From a virus, in the IMG/VR virus record IMGVR_UViG_3300036790_000408, positions 1 to 64,000 of that record: a DNA stretch of 64,000 nucleotides. One strand, 5' to 3'. Shown here one piece after another: positions 36,012-45,835 of this stretch (position 1 is the stretch's first letter; each line of letters opens with the position of its first letter). Both the position numbers and the translations under genes were made by a program. A model generated the notes under the pieces. That model saw nothing but the letters and a program-made list of their open reading frames with translations, searched no databases and was not told where the DNA came from.

Positions 36012-36679
36012 GACATCCTGTAATGCGCCCACCAAGAGCGCGCCGCTATGTCTGGGAGAACTCTTTGGGGATCGATCCTGCCACAGGCAATCGGGGCGTC
36101 GAACCGCTGATCTAGGATGGCCCTCACATCCTGACCGTCGTCGATGAATTTCTCCCCGACAACCGGTACGAACCGAGCGGTCTCATTCCAAACTATCAAA
36201 CTACCGCCAGATTTTAGCGTGCGATGCATAAGCTGGACATCATTGCGCGGATCGGCTGAGTGCTGGAGTACCCAGAAGCAGACCGCAACATCAAACACGC
36301 CCGTCATCAGTGGCGATTGAAGGCTGACGTTGTCGCATGTTCTGAACTGCTCGCTGCGAACGACTTGTGCCCCAGCTATCATCCTCATTGAGGGGCTGGC
36401 GTCCACTCCAATCACCCGACAGCCAGCGTGATCGATGAGCGCCTTAGCTACGCGCCCCGTACCGCAACCATAATCCAGAACGATTGTAGATCGATCGATG
36501 TCGAGTCGATCGGTCAGAAACTCCAGAGCGTATTGTGTCTCAGCTACCCACCGAGCGTGGGTCTCGATGCGCGTCTGCTCGTCGTTTAGGCCGCGCACCC
36601 CGACCGTGACCAGCTTTGCCTGATCAAGGTCGGATACGTCGTAAGCATCACGGCAGAACTCAACCCTCACCAGCGACAC
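36008..36679 (-). CDS. class I SAM-dependent methyltransferase (tandem paralog)
   Basis: VLDYGCGTGRVAK, GVDASPSM, FDVAVCFWVLQH, LKSGGSL. Confidence 0.92.
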   Translation of the reverse strand: MSLVRVEFCRDAYDVSDLDQAKLVTVGVRGLNDEQTRIETHARWVAETQYALEFLTDRLDIDRSTIVLDYGCGTGRVAKALIDHAGCRVIGVDASPSMRMIAGAQVVRSEQFRTCDNVSLQSPLMTGVFDVAVCFWVLQHSADPRNDVQLMHRTLKSGGSLIVWNETARFVPVVGEKFIDDGQDVRAILDQRFDAPIACGRIDPQRVLPDIAARSWWAHYRMS

Positions 36680-36706
36680 ACCTTGTGATGGCGAGTAGGA
36701 TGGGTT

Positions 36707-37795
36707 TCATGACATGATCTCTTTTTCCCGTGCGGCTTTGGCTGCGGCCCGACCATAAAGCCCAATTCGTCCACGCCGCCAGCCTTCCGGAATGGGATCG
36801 GTGTCGCTTTGACGAATATTGTTCTGACCATCAGTAATCCAGCACTTCCCCTGCCGCGAGGCTATAAGGGCTGCCCGAGATGCTTCGTTACTCCAGGCTG
36901 CACTACCTCGCCGAGATAACTCCTCTGTCGTTAAGACCGGCCGTCCCTTCTTCACATACCGAGGCGCCTTCACGGTCACGATCCGTGGTTTTCGCGCCTT
37001 CTTTTCTCTTGGCTCTCTGGCGTCGATCAGCTTTTGCACATCGAACGTGCGCCCAGGGTTCCAACCCAACGGAGGATTTTCGCCGATTGGGACGCGCTTA
37101 TTCGTGACCCCGTCGGTATACCAAGAGAACGGACGCCGGTTCTCCATCATCCGCGCTCGCTTCTCTGGGTCGTTCCAGATGTCAGCGTGACCAGCTTTGA
37201 TGTTGGCTTTTGCCTGGTCGCTGCGTGGACCTACCGCTAGTGCGCGTAGCGTTGTGGCGTGAGCGTCGGCCAGATAACGGCCAGCGTGCCACCCAATAGG
37301 AACCGGCTCTGCGGATGGATGCAGCTTGCTGGAAATCCCATCGTTAATCCATACGTGCGGATTGGCTGCCATACCCGCTCGAACGAGCGCCAACCTTGCA
37401 GCGGACTGCTCTGGGGTTTCCTTAAAACCGAGACGGTGCTGTCCTGCCTTGGGATTATTCTGCTGCGCGATGGACATTCTCGCTCTAGCCTCATCGGAAT
37501 ATTTGAGGCCGAGATTGCTATCCGCTGCGGGTCGCCCATTGTAGCATGAGTTTAAGGTATCGATGTAGTATTGCTCACGAAGCACCTTGTCCTCATCAAG
37601 GCACTCTTCGATGATCTCAAAGAGAAATGCCGCCTTCCCGTGCTTGGTCCACGATCTTTGTAAATAAGACGCGTGGTGATCCCCAAGGTTGAGGTGGTAA
37701 CGATGCGCTCTCCATCGGGCGGTAGCCACCATACTCGTGTGTCCGACATAGCATTTATCGGTTCCGACCCGAGTGATCCTGTAGATGAATGCCAT
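36707..37795 (-). CDS. GIY-YIG homing endonuclease with NUMOD-like repeats
   Basis: FIYRIT...CYVGHT...RWRAH, EQYYIDTL, SDEARARMS, repeated WITDG...W..GR units. Confidence 0.9.
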   Translation of the reverse strand: MAFIYRITRVGTDKCYVGHTSMVATARWRAHRYHLNLGDHHASYLQRSWTKHGKAAFLFEIIEECLDEDKVLREQYYIDTLNSCYNGRPAADSNLGLKYSDEARARMSIAQQNNPKAGQHRLGFKETPEQSAARLALVRAGMAANPHVWINDGISSKLHPSAEPVPIGWHAGRYLADAHATTLRALAVGPRSDQAKANIKAGHADIWNDPEKRARMMENRRPFSWYTDGVTNKRVPIGENPPLGWNPGRTFDVQKLIDAREPREKKARKPRIVTVKAPRYVKKGRPVLTTEELSRRGSAAWSNEASRAALIASRQGKCWITDGQNNIRQSDTDPIPEGWRRGRIGLYGRAAAKAAREKEIMS

Positions 37796-37891
37796 ACATT
37801 TCCTCCGTTCATTCAGGCAGAAAATTCCTGATGAACGTTATGTATGGCATTTTATTCATGCAGTCAATCGGAAAAAGTTTATACAAAACTC

Positions 37892-37920
37892 TTGCCAAAC
37901 CTAGAGAAACCTAGTATAAA
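37892..37920 (+). promoter_or_regulatory. sigma70-like promoter pointing antisense into the late operon
   Basis: TTGCCA-17 nt-TATAAA; spacer contains two AAACCTAG copies. Confidence 0.4.
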
Positions 37921-37922
37921 TG

Positions 37923-38582
37923 CTAGGTTAAGGTGTCCGAGAACGTGAACGAAATCGAATCATTCGTGTTAAGTCCAATCCCCGCGAAATCCGCATGGAT
38001 GAACATGTTCCCGCCCTGCGACGCGCCGTACGTTGCCGTCTGCCCGGTGGTCCAGCCACCCGCACCGCCGTCACCACCCGAGGTCACGACGCTGGATGCG
38101 GCCTGAATTGCGGCGGTTGATCCCAGCGCGCCACGAGAGATCGACAGCGTGGTCGAGTTCGCACCGGTGACCAGGATCGTCTCGTTGGCAACCTGCGCGT
38201 AGAAGTTACCCGTGGTCGGGCCGATGTTCGCGGCCAGCGTCATCGACGTGGCAGATGCCGTGATCGATGCTGACAGGGTCGATGTACCGCTCAGCGTCGT
38301 GGTGTCGAACAGCCCGGCCTCGGCGATGGTCTTGCCGGCGGTGGCGCAGACGATCGTGCCGGTCACCTGATACGTGTCGCCCAACTGCGTCGTGGTCAGG
38401 ATCGAGCTGGTGCCAGCCGTGCGCGCCTCGGTCTGCGGCCCGAAGAGATTGACGTTGGCATTCGCGGAACCGGTGACGGCGGTCGTGCCCCAGCCAATGT
38501 TCTTGGCCTCGGTGCCATTGCCCTTCATCCTCTGCCAGAGGATGCCGCGGCCGGAAAACGTGGCTACAGTGTTGTTCGACAC
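37923..38582 (-). CDS. virion structural protein
   Basis: IGWGT, TIAEAGLFD and SFTFSDTL resemble phage tail-associated proteins; AGGAG RBS. Confidence 0.65.
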   Translation of the reverse strand: MSNNTVATFSGRGILWQRMKGNGTEAKNIGWGTTAVTGSANANVNLFGPQTEARTAGTSSILTTTQLGDTYQVTGTIVCATAGKTIAEAGLFDTTTLSGTSTLSASITASATSMTLAANIGPTTGNFYAQVANETILVTGANSTTLSISRGALGSTAAIQAASSVVTSGGDGGAGGWTTGQTATYGASQGGNMFIHADFAGIGLNTNDSISFTFSDTLT

Positions 38583-38657
38583 GATGGTATCTCCTGCGTA
38601 ACAATTGGGGGAAAGTTCAGGCGCACTTAGTCAGTGGGCTGCGAACTAGCCCCTGGG

Positions 38658-39989
38658 CTAAAGCTTCTCGTCCGCCAGTTTATTGAGGGCTGTGCGGAGG
38701 TTGTTGATGACGTGGCGCCAGTCGCCGATGGTGACCTGGCGGAACAGTCTGGCGCTCGGATACCAGGGCGTGGTCTGGCCATCCTGGCCCCAGATCCAGT
38801 AGGGATCGGCGCAAAGCATGACCCAGGTCGGCACGCCGATCGCCGCGGCGAAATGTGCGACGCTCGTGCATACGGTGATGACGACGTCCATTTCCATCAG
38901 AGCGACGCCAGTGCCGACCCAGCCCTCTTTCTCGATCTCACCACCCAGATCGCAGATCAGGTTCTCGGCGCGCAGGCGGGCGATGTCGGCTCGGCCGGGC
39001 CCGCACTGGAAGCCATAGAAGACGATCCTCGGATCCTCGGCGAGCGGTAGCAGTTCTTCGAGCGGAATGGATCTGTCGTGGTTGCGGCGCTGCTCTGGGT
39101 TGCCGGTCCAGACAATCCCCACTTTGAGTGATGGCAGGTTTGGTGACGGCAGGTTGATCGTGGTGCCCTTGCGCGCCTCCAGAATGCGCTCGCGCAAGTA
39201 CCCGGGGTCCGCCGGGATATTGTCCGGCCGCGTGCCGTGTATCTCTGGCAAGGTGCAGATGTACGTAGCGTAGTCGATGTCCTTCGGCCAGGGCAGGCCG
39301 ACGTTCATCAGTTTGACGATCTCGCTGTAGCACCAAAACACATTGATCAGCGTGTCGTATGGACAGAACAGGATACGGCAGGTGGGCCACATCTGTTTCA
39401 TCCAGGCGAAGTACCGCGCGAACAGGTAGCGATCACCAACTCCCTGCTCGGCCTGGATGTAGATCGTTTTGTCGGCCAGATCCTCACCGTGCCACAGCGG
39501 TGCTGGGAGGTCTGGGTAGAGTGATGTGCCGCGGTGCTCGCGGCGCACGTCGTAAAGGGCCAGGCCCCGCTCCCAGTTGCCCTCACGCAGGTATAGGAGG
39601 GACAGATCCCAGAGCGGTCCCTTGCTCTTGGGGTCGAGGTCAGAAGCCCGCTGGAGATGGGTCTCAGCCTTGCCGTAGTGGCTCACAGCCGAAAGAAACA
39701 CCCCATAGTTGCCATGGAATGCCGCCCGCTCCGGGTCCATGCTGATAGCCAGGCGGAACGCGCTCATGGCCTCGGCATGCTGGCCGTTCTGCCATAGGGC
39801 AATGCCGAGGTTGCTGATGATATCCGGACTCGATGGGAGGAGGGCGGTCGCTCGCCGCAGCATGGCGATGACGGTGGGGATGGCCGCGCGGTGCTCAAGG
39901 ACGGCCATGGCAGCGTCGTTGAGCAACTCCGCCTGGACGTGCTCCTCGCTCTTGTCGAAGAGTTCAGGATGCTCCGCGATCATATCCAT
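38658..39989 (-). CDS. TPR-repeat protein with a glycosyltransferase family 9-like domain
   Basis: TPR helices, then W.GE.L..KTIYIQAEQGVGD, KVGIVWTGNP, DVVITVCTSVAHFAAAIGVPTW and WYPSARLFRQ. Confidence 0.9.
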   Translation of the reverse strand: MDMIAEHPELFDKSEEHVQAELLNDAAMAVLEHRAAIPTVIAMLRRATALLPSSPDIISNLGIALWQNGQHAEAMSAFRLAISMDPERAAFHGNYGVFLSAVSHYGKAETHLQRASDLDPKSKGPLWDLSLLYLREGNWERGLALYDVRREHRGTSLYPDLPAPLWHGEDLADKTIYIQAEQGVGDRYLFARYFAWMKQMWPTCRILFCPYDTLINVFWCYSEIVKLMNVGLPWPKDIDYATYICTLPEIHGTRPDNIPADPGYLRERILEARKGTTINLPSPNLPSLKVGIVWTGNPEQRRNHDRSIPLEELLPLAEDPRIVFYGFQCGPGRADIARLRAENLICDLGGEIEKEGWVGTGVALMEMDVVITVCTSVAHFAAAIGVPTWVMLCADPYWIWGQDGQTTPWYPSARLFRQVTIGDWRHVINNLRTALNKLADEKL

Positions 39990-39995
39990 GCGGGG

Positions 39996-40310
39996 TTAAG
40001 CCGATGGGGCTGCCGGCGCCTCGGTCGTCTGACTTAAGTCGGTGCTTACGGCCACGGGGGCGGGATCATCAGCCTTGCTGAAGCTCATCTTGACTGTGCC
40101 GCCGGCAGTGAAGACGGACTTGGCCTCAGCAACTTCACCTGCTTTGCGGAAGCGCAATACCATGGATCCATGCTGGCCATCTTCGTGGTGAAGCTCGACC
40201 TCGAACTCCTGGATGTGACCAATGATGGTCTCATCCTGATAGGCCACCGGCACCTGCACGGGGTGCGACGAGGCCCGGTTCACACGCAAAATCACGTCGG
40301 TCATGTTCAT
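39996..40310 (-). CDS. hypothetical protein
   Basis: GGAG RBS; tightly packed in the late operon. Confidence 0.6.
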   Translation of the reverse strand: MNMTDVILRVNRASSHPVQVPVAYQDETIIGHIQEFEVELHHEDGQHGSMVLRFRKAGEVAEAKSVFTAGGTVKMSFSKADDPAPVAVSTDLSQTTEAPAAPSA

Positions 40311-40586
40311 TCACCCTCTGGAGAAAATTCTACGCCAAACCCTACCGAGACTTACCCGTTGCTGCGGCGTGCGATCGGCGCCGCAGTGCGGACACATCGG
40401 GCCTACCGGCTGACCCTCCCGCGGATCACCTTCAGGCACCCAGCAACCGATCCAGTCTTTTTTGATGCGCTCCTCGGAACACCAAGTGCCAGGAGCACCG
40501 CATTTGGGGTTGCGGCACGCTCGGTTGACCGTAACAAACAGAGCTTGCTCTCGGTAAACCTCTCCGTGCGAAGCGTGGCCGGTCAT
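40311..40586 (-). CDS. zinc-ribbon hypothetical protein
   Basis: CRNPKC...CPHCG; ATGA coupling. Confidence 0.6.
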   Translation of the reverse strand: MTGHASHGEVYREQALFVTVNRACRNPKCGAPGTWCSEERIKKDWIGCWVPEGDPREGQPVGPMCPHCGADRTPQQRVSLGRVWRRIFSRG

Positions 40587-40912
40587 ACTCTGATTAGTTT
40601 CCAAGGAAAGCTCCTGGCTGTCCCCGCTACCTGGAGCAGGGTGACTCTGATGCTTTGGTCTGACGGCTGCGGTGGCGAAGCCGAAATCTGATTGACCGGC
40701 GGCACCGGGCCGTAGCTCTCTTTCCAGGTTAATCGGAGGGTTCCTCCACTTAGCGTCATCACGTACATCCGCAGCTCAAGCACGTCGCCGATCTGCATCG
40801 CCGAGATGTCCACCTCAAAATAGTACGTGGCATTGGTGGTATCGGTCGTGAGTGTCTGCTCGGTGCCGACGACAGCGGTTTGGGTGCCATTGGAGCTGGA
40901 AGTCCACGCCAC
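40583..40912 (-). CDS. hypothetical virion protein
   Basis: Beta-rich composition; GAGGGG RBS. Confidence 0.6.
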   Translation of the reverse strand: MAWTSSSNGTQTAVVGTEQTLTTDTTNATYYFEVDISAMQIGDVLELRMYVMTLSGGTLRLTWKESYGPVPPVNQISASPPQPSDQSIRVTLLQVAGTARSFPWKLIRV

Positions 40913-40917
40913 CGGTC

Positions 40918-41100
40918 TTACCCCTCGGCCACGGCGAACAGATAAACGCCACGATCTTGCCCATTAGTGCGTCCGATGTCAGCATGCGGTGGCGTATGCC
41001 ACGGTTCAATGCCGGGGCCATTCACGAAGACCAGACCAAGCATCGCTGCCTGTTGGCTGATGGTCTCGTTCAACAGGTCGAGTTTACTCGCTAGAGTCAT
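40918..41100 (-). CDS. hypothetical protein
   Basis: GGAGG RBS before MTLASKLD. Confidence 0.55.
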   Translation of the reverse strand: MTLASKLDLLNETISQQAAMLGLVFVNGPGIEPWHTPPHADIGRTNGQDRGVYLFAVAEG

Positions 41101-41110
41101 AATAGCCTCC

Positions 41111-41965
41111 TCAAAGCCGAACCCCGTAGAGTGTAAGGCCGAACACGCGCTCCGGGCTGGCGTTGGTGTTGCACTGGGCGCGGGCGGCGATGCGGGTTCC
41201 GGCTGGGATTTGCATCGGGATGTAAGGCGTGACGCCATTGGCGAAATAGTTCTTGGCCGACCAGCAATACGCGATCTGGAGCCAGTTCGGCAGGAAGATC
41301 ACCTCCGAACCGGAGCCGCCGATAGCCAGATCCACCAGCCAATCGACCACATGGTTCGTCGATGGAGTGCTTTGCCCCTGGGTGTCGAACATCAGCATGA
41401 AACCGGCGATGTCATTGCTCGTCCCTGCGGTGATCTGCGCGTACGAACCCTTCGTATTCGCCGTACCACCAGGGTCGACCGCTTGCCCAAGGTTGGTCGT
41501 GTTGTTGAACCCATAGGTATCGATGGCGCTCACCACACCGGGCGACATGTACCGGTCAGCGAACAGAGTGCATTGCACAACCTGCGCGTTATCGGTAAGC
41601 AGGCTACTCGATAGTCGGGCGGATATGCGCGTGCCAAGCGGCACTGAGAACGGGAACATGTAGGAGACCTGCTGCGTCCCGTACGATCCCATCCCAAGAT
41701 TGCTAATGATCACCACTTCGTTGCCAGAGGAGCCGATACCGATATCCACAGCAATTTGGCGCCCGGACTGACCCTCACCGGCGATCGTGATCCTGATCCA
41801 CGACGAGTCATAAACCGTGGATGCTATGATCTGTGTCCACAGGGCCTTGGCGTACGTCGTGGTCGTGCTGCCGATGACGACTGTGCCATTCGATGCACTG
41901 GACGTGACCGAGCCAGCATCAGCCGCTTCACTGAATGCGAAGGCCCCACCCCATGCGCCGGCCAT
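41111..41965 (-). CDS. tail-associated protein with an internal duplication
   Basis: Two halves: YAKALWTQIIAST...DIGIGSSGNEVVII...PLGTRISAR and TKGSYAQITAGT...DLAIGGSGSEVIFL...PAGTRIAAR. Confidence 0.7.
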   Translation of the reverse strand: MAGAWGGAFAFSEAADAGSVTSSASNGTVVIGSTTTTYAKALWTQIIASTVYDSSWIRITIAGEGQSGRQIAVDIGIGSSGNEVVIISNLGMGSYGTQQVSYMFPFSVPLGTRISARLSSSLLTDNAQVVQCTLFADRYMSPGVVSAIDTYGFNNTTNLGQAVDPGGTANTKGSYAQITAGTSNDIAGFMLMFDTQGQSTPSTNHVVDWLVDLAIGGSGSEVIFLPNWLQIAYCWSAKNYFANGVTPYIPMQIPAGTRIAARAQCNTNASPERVFGLTLYGVRL

Positions 41966-42252
41966 CAGGCGTCCTTTTTAGCCAGCCGGAAAGGCACCCC
42001 AGCCTTCTGCAGCACGTCACCAAGATTGGCTTCGGTGTCGATCCTGGTGGTCAGGTCAAAGCCATAGCGCTGACGGTTGGCCTCGCGCCACTTCACGTAC
42101 TCCGCGTCATCCGCGCGCACATAGGTGTCCCGCCTGCTTGACCAGACCTGCGAGGCGTCGCCGGTAAGGTCTGACTTTGCGTCCACCTTGTGCGGACCGT
42201 TGCCGCCGACGATCCAATAGTGATCCTCGGGTTTGAACTGTATTCTGATCAT
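41965..42252 (-). CDS. tail fibre assembly-like small protein
   Basis: DHYWIVGG...VWSSRRDTYVRADDAEYVKW; directly follows the tail fibre gene. Confidence 0.6.
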   Translation of the reverse strand: MIRIQFKPEDHYWIVGGNGPHKVDAKSDLTGDASQVWSSRRDTYVRADDAEYVKWREANRQRYGFDLTTRIDTEANLGDVLQKAGVPFRLAKKDA

Positions 42253-43844
42253 AGATAAATACCACCCGTCGAGCCGATCGAGAGAGGTGTTGGTGAGCCA
42301 GCGGAACTCCCTGGGAAATAATTCGCTCCGCCCCCAGAGGTCTGTATGGTAGCGCCCGTGCCCACGAAATACCGAGGGCCGGTTGCTGACCCAACGAATG
42401 TCGAACCGGATGCCTGGATGGTCGCGCAATCAACGGCGGTTATGAAAGCGCCGCTGAAGGACAGGCCGGAGACGTTGAAGCTTTGACCGGGCATCCAGAC
42501 ATAGCCGGTGTCGGCAATAATGGATGTCTGGACACTTCCTGTAAGTGTGATCCCAGATCCTAGGATGATGGTTGAGGCTATGCCGGCGTGAACATGGGAG
42601 TTTCCACAGCTTCCAAAAACGCAATTGGATATTGTGATAATTCCGCCATTACCCTGAACGGCATAACCTGAGTCTGCGGTGAAAGCATTCAGCGTGCCAG
42701 TGGCAGTTAGGGTAAAGCCACTTACTGTAACAGTCGATCCCTGCCCGGAGCTGACGCAATTCGCATTGGAGGCGGAAAGAATAACGCTTGACGGAGACGC
42801 GGAATTCCCCACGAGATTGATGGGCCCAGTCAACCCCAATGGGATACCGGGAAATGTCGCGATGTATCCGTTGGTAGGAATTCCACCGCCATATGAACCG
42901 TTGGCGACGTTTATAGTGCAGCCGAAATTGTTGAAGTCATATCGACTGTAGAGCGCGTTGATCGCCGCCTGGATCGTCAGGAACGGAGCGCCGGCCGTCG
43001 TACCGAGGTTGTTGTCATTCCCAGTCGAGGCGTTGACGTACAAGGTGAGCGGAGCGCTGAGTAGGGTCCGGACCGGCGACATATTCACGTACGGCAGAAC
43101 GCCCTGCACCTCGCTTGCGAGGTTCACCTTGGGTGCTTGACCGGCAATACCGCCATGGTGCGACGCCATCAGACCGCCAAGGAATGGCGCGTATGGATAG
43201 CTGCCGGAGACATTGGTGCCGACGCCGGGGCCGGCCTTGAGGATCTGCGATGTCGTGATCTGCGTCTGACCGCCAGCGATGTCCACCAGATAGAGCGGCA
43301 CCCAGCCGGCAGTTGGTGTCGGAGGCACCTCGGAACCAGTGGTTGCGGCGGAGCCTGAGATCACCTGCAGAACACAAAGGCCCTGACGGACGGTGTTGAT
43401 GGACTGTGTCGTGGGCTGCGTGGGGTTGGCGACATTGTAGAACGGGGCGATGCCGCCATTTGGATCGTTTGCCCTGACCGCATCGAGCTGACTGAACTGC
43501 GCCTGGATCAGGTTCCACTGCGACTGGCCAGACGATGGCGCCGTGAAGGTGATCGTCTGCGCTATCGTCGAGCCCTGCTGACATATGATCGTGCTGTCGG
43601 CGGGGATGCTACCAACTCCGAGAGGATCGGATGCAGCGAGCTGATAGATGCGGCCGGCGGTAAGTTGCACGCTAAGCGACGCGGCGGGCGTCTGACCGGC
43701 CACCAGGCCAGCGACGACGGTGGTGCCGAGTCCACTCATTACGTCCTGCGCGAGCGCCCCGAGACCCGTCAGGACGTCATGGAAACCCTCTACGAAATCG
43801 AAATCCCGCATCTGTTCCATGGGATCGATGATTGGACGATCCAT
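42249..43844 (-). CDS. tail fibre protein
   Basis: N-terminal MDRPII baseplate-attachment region; TLYVNASTGNDNNLGT..PFLTIQAAI beta-helix start. Confidence 0.8.
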   Translation of the reverse strand: MDRPIIDPMEQMRDFDFVEGFHDVLTGLGALAQDVMSGLGTTVVAGLVAGQTPAASLSVQLTAGRIYQLAASDPLGVGSIPADSTIICQQGSTIAQTITFTAPSSGQSQWNLIQAQFSQLDAVRANDPNGGIAPFYNVANPTQPTTQSINTVRQGLCVLQVISGSAATTGSEVPPTPTAGWVPLYLVDIAGGQTQITTSQILKAGPGVGTNVSGSYPYAPFLGGLMASHHGGIAGQAPKVNLASEVQGVLPYVNMSPVRTLLSAPLTLYVNASTGNDNNLGTTAGAPFLTIQAAINALYSRYDFNNFGCTINVANGSYGGGIPTNGYIATFPGIPLGLTGPINLVGNSASPSSVILSASNANCVSSGQGSTVTVSGFTLTATGTLNAFTADSGYAVQGNGGIITISNCVFGSCGNSHVHAGIASTIILGSGITLTGSVQTSIIADTGYVWMPGQSFNVSGLSFSGAFITAVDCATIQASGSTFVGSATGPRYFVGTGATIQTSGGGANYFPGSSAGSPTPLSIGSTGGIYL

Positions 43845-43855
43845 AAGATGCGATC

Positions 43856-45826
43856 CTACTGGTAAGTCTGGTTGGTGATCGTGATGCCAGCGGCTTTGGT
43901 CACGATGAATTTAGAGCTATCCGAGAAGTAGACGGTAAGCTGTTCGGTCTGCACCCCGGCGGTCGGCGGCACTGAATGCAGGTTCAATTCATTGCGGTTG
44001 ATCACCCACGGCAGGCTCAAGGCGGTAGCCGCGTTCTGCACGCTGGCCAGACCCCACCCGGCGCCGGCTGGATTAGTGTCCCAGTACTGCTGGAAAAACA
44101 CCGCGTCAGGCATCTGCGTCTGCAAGGTGGAGATCAGTGTCGGCTCGGAGAACGTGGTATCTCCCGCAGTTACCGAGCCGGGTCTGAACTCACTGATGCA
44201 AACCGTCTTGCCGAGAGCCGCGAGGGTATTGTAGTCGGCCTGCGCGGTGGTCGGCGTCGGCGGCGGTGGTGGCGGCGTCGTGCCACCGGCGCTGCCGGTC
44301 ACGATGTAATCCGTGGGTGGGGATTTATAGCCAAGAGTCGTATCCTCAATGACCATGTCGAACGTGCCCGACGAGGCCGGGGCGAACGTGAACTGAAAGG
44401 AATTAGTCCCCACCAAGGAGGGGCTTCCAGGAAGAGCCGCTTGCCCCGATCCGGCGCCGAGATCGGCCGTGAAGTGCGCCAAGGTGACCGGGTAATTGGT
44501 ATCCACCTGGACGGTATAGGTCTGGCTCGGTGGGATGCCGCCGCTTGGAAACTCGGTGATGACGATGATCGGATCAGTCGCACCATAAGCCCCGATCGGA
44601 TAACCGTAGACCTGCGCTCCCGAGCGCATGCCAGGATGGACCGGGCCTGAATTCAGATCAGGCCCAGAGAGTATGTTGCCACCGCCCTTGTCCCAGACCA
44701 CGGCGCCAATGACCGGCACGCCGATGCCAGTGTCGATCTGGTTCCACACCCGCTTCATGCGCGGAAAATAAAGCAGGTCGTTGCACGCTGCCTCATTGCC
44801 GGTATGCGCGGCTATTGGCAGGGTGCAAAGATTGGTGCCGGAGTTGCCGCCACCACTTACCTTGCCGTTCGTATAGAGCAGACCGACACCACCGAACTCG
44901 CTGTGCATCATCGGCTTCTGGTCGGCAAGCGCTGCTTGCACCAGGCTGTACAAGCTCTGTCCCTGTCCACCGTTGGGCTGGGCGGCCTTACCATCCATGA
45001 AATCGAGATAATGACTGGCGTTGTTGTAGGTGTAGCCCTGGCCGCCCTGGGTCGCCGCGACATTGTAATCGGTTGCCCAGAGATCATCCGTCGCGCCGGC
45101 GGGCAGCGTGCCAGCCGTGGCATTCAAGGTGAGCGGCGTCCCAGCAGCGTACCCGGGCCAGTTGGAGAGGTCCACCGGATACCAGTTGCACGAATAGAAA
45201 TCGACGCTGAGAATATCGTAATAGGCAGCTCCAGGCTTGTAGTTTGCAAGCTGGTTATTCGCGTCGAGATAGTTCAACGCACAGGTATCGAAGGCGATCA
45301 ACAGCGTCTTGCCGGTGAAGGTGGCGACCTTGGCGTAGAGCACCGTGGCCACATGCTGGAACGCGGCCTTGAACTGCGCCGCCCATGCAGTGTTGCCGCT
45401 GTTATAACCTCCAGGTGTGGTCTGGATATTCGACTCGTAGTTGAGACGCAAGATGATCGTGTTGTAAGCATAGAACATGTTGGTCATCATCTGCTGCCAC
45501 GTACTGTCGTACGTGCCAGCGGCATTGCCGGCGAGCGTCATGCTACCGTCAGCAGTGGCCAATGATGTTCCAATGACCGGAATGATCCCGGTGGCTGGAG
45601 CGAAATACCCCCCGTAGCCAACGGCTGTGCTTACCGAGTAGTACGCATTGGCCGGCATATTGGCCAGCGTGTCGAAGCCAGTATAGCCACCGAAGAATTT
45701 GACCGGCAAGCCTATCTGGCGTTGCCACTGTGGGTAGGATCCGCCTGGGGCGCTGGTGAACAGTCCCATCCCGATGCGAGGCATCCCGGCCCCTGGCGAG
45801 GCTGGGATCCAGGAGGCAAATGCCAT
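43856..45826 (-). CDS. GH26-like glycoside hydrolase tail-associated protein
   Basis: IILRLNYESN (acid/base), YDILSVDFY, KPMMHSEFG (nucleophile); C-terminal partial KTVCISEF repeat. Confidence 0.7.
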   Translation of the reverse strand: MAFASWIPASPGAGMPRIGMGLFTSAPGGSYPQWQRQIGLPVKFFGGYTGFDTLANMPANAYYSVSTAVGYGGYFAPATGIIPVIGTSLATADGSMTLAGNAAGTYDSTWQQMMTNMFYAYNTIILRLNYESNIQTTPGGYNSGNTAWAAQFKAAFQHVATVLYAKVATFTGKTLLIAFDTCALNYLDANNQLANYKPGAAYYDILSVDFYSCNWYPVDLSNWPGYAAGTPLTLNATAGTLPAGATDDLWATDYNVAATQGGQGYTYNNASHYLDFMDGKAAQPNGGQGQSLYSLVQAALADQKPMMHSEFGGVGLLYTNGKVSGGGNSGTNLCTLPIAAHTGNEAACNDLLYFPRMKRVWNQIDTGIGVPVIGAVVWDKGGGNILSGPDLNSGPVHPGMRSGAQVYGYPIGAYGATDPIIVITEFPSGGIPPSQTYTVQVDTNYPVTLAHFTADLGAGSGQAALPGSPSLVGTNSFQFTFAPASSGTFDMVIEDTTLGYKSPPTDYIVTGSAGGTTPPPPPPTPTTAQADYNTLAALGKTVCISEFRPGSVTAGDTTFSEPTLISTLQTQMPDAVFFQQYWDTNPAGAGWGLASVQNAATALSLPWVINRNELNLHSVPPTAGVQTEQLTVYFSDSSKFIVTKAAGITITNQTYQ

Positions 45827-45835
45827 CGATCGTGC

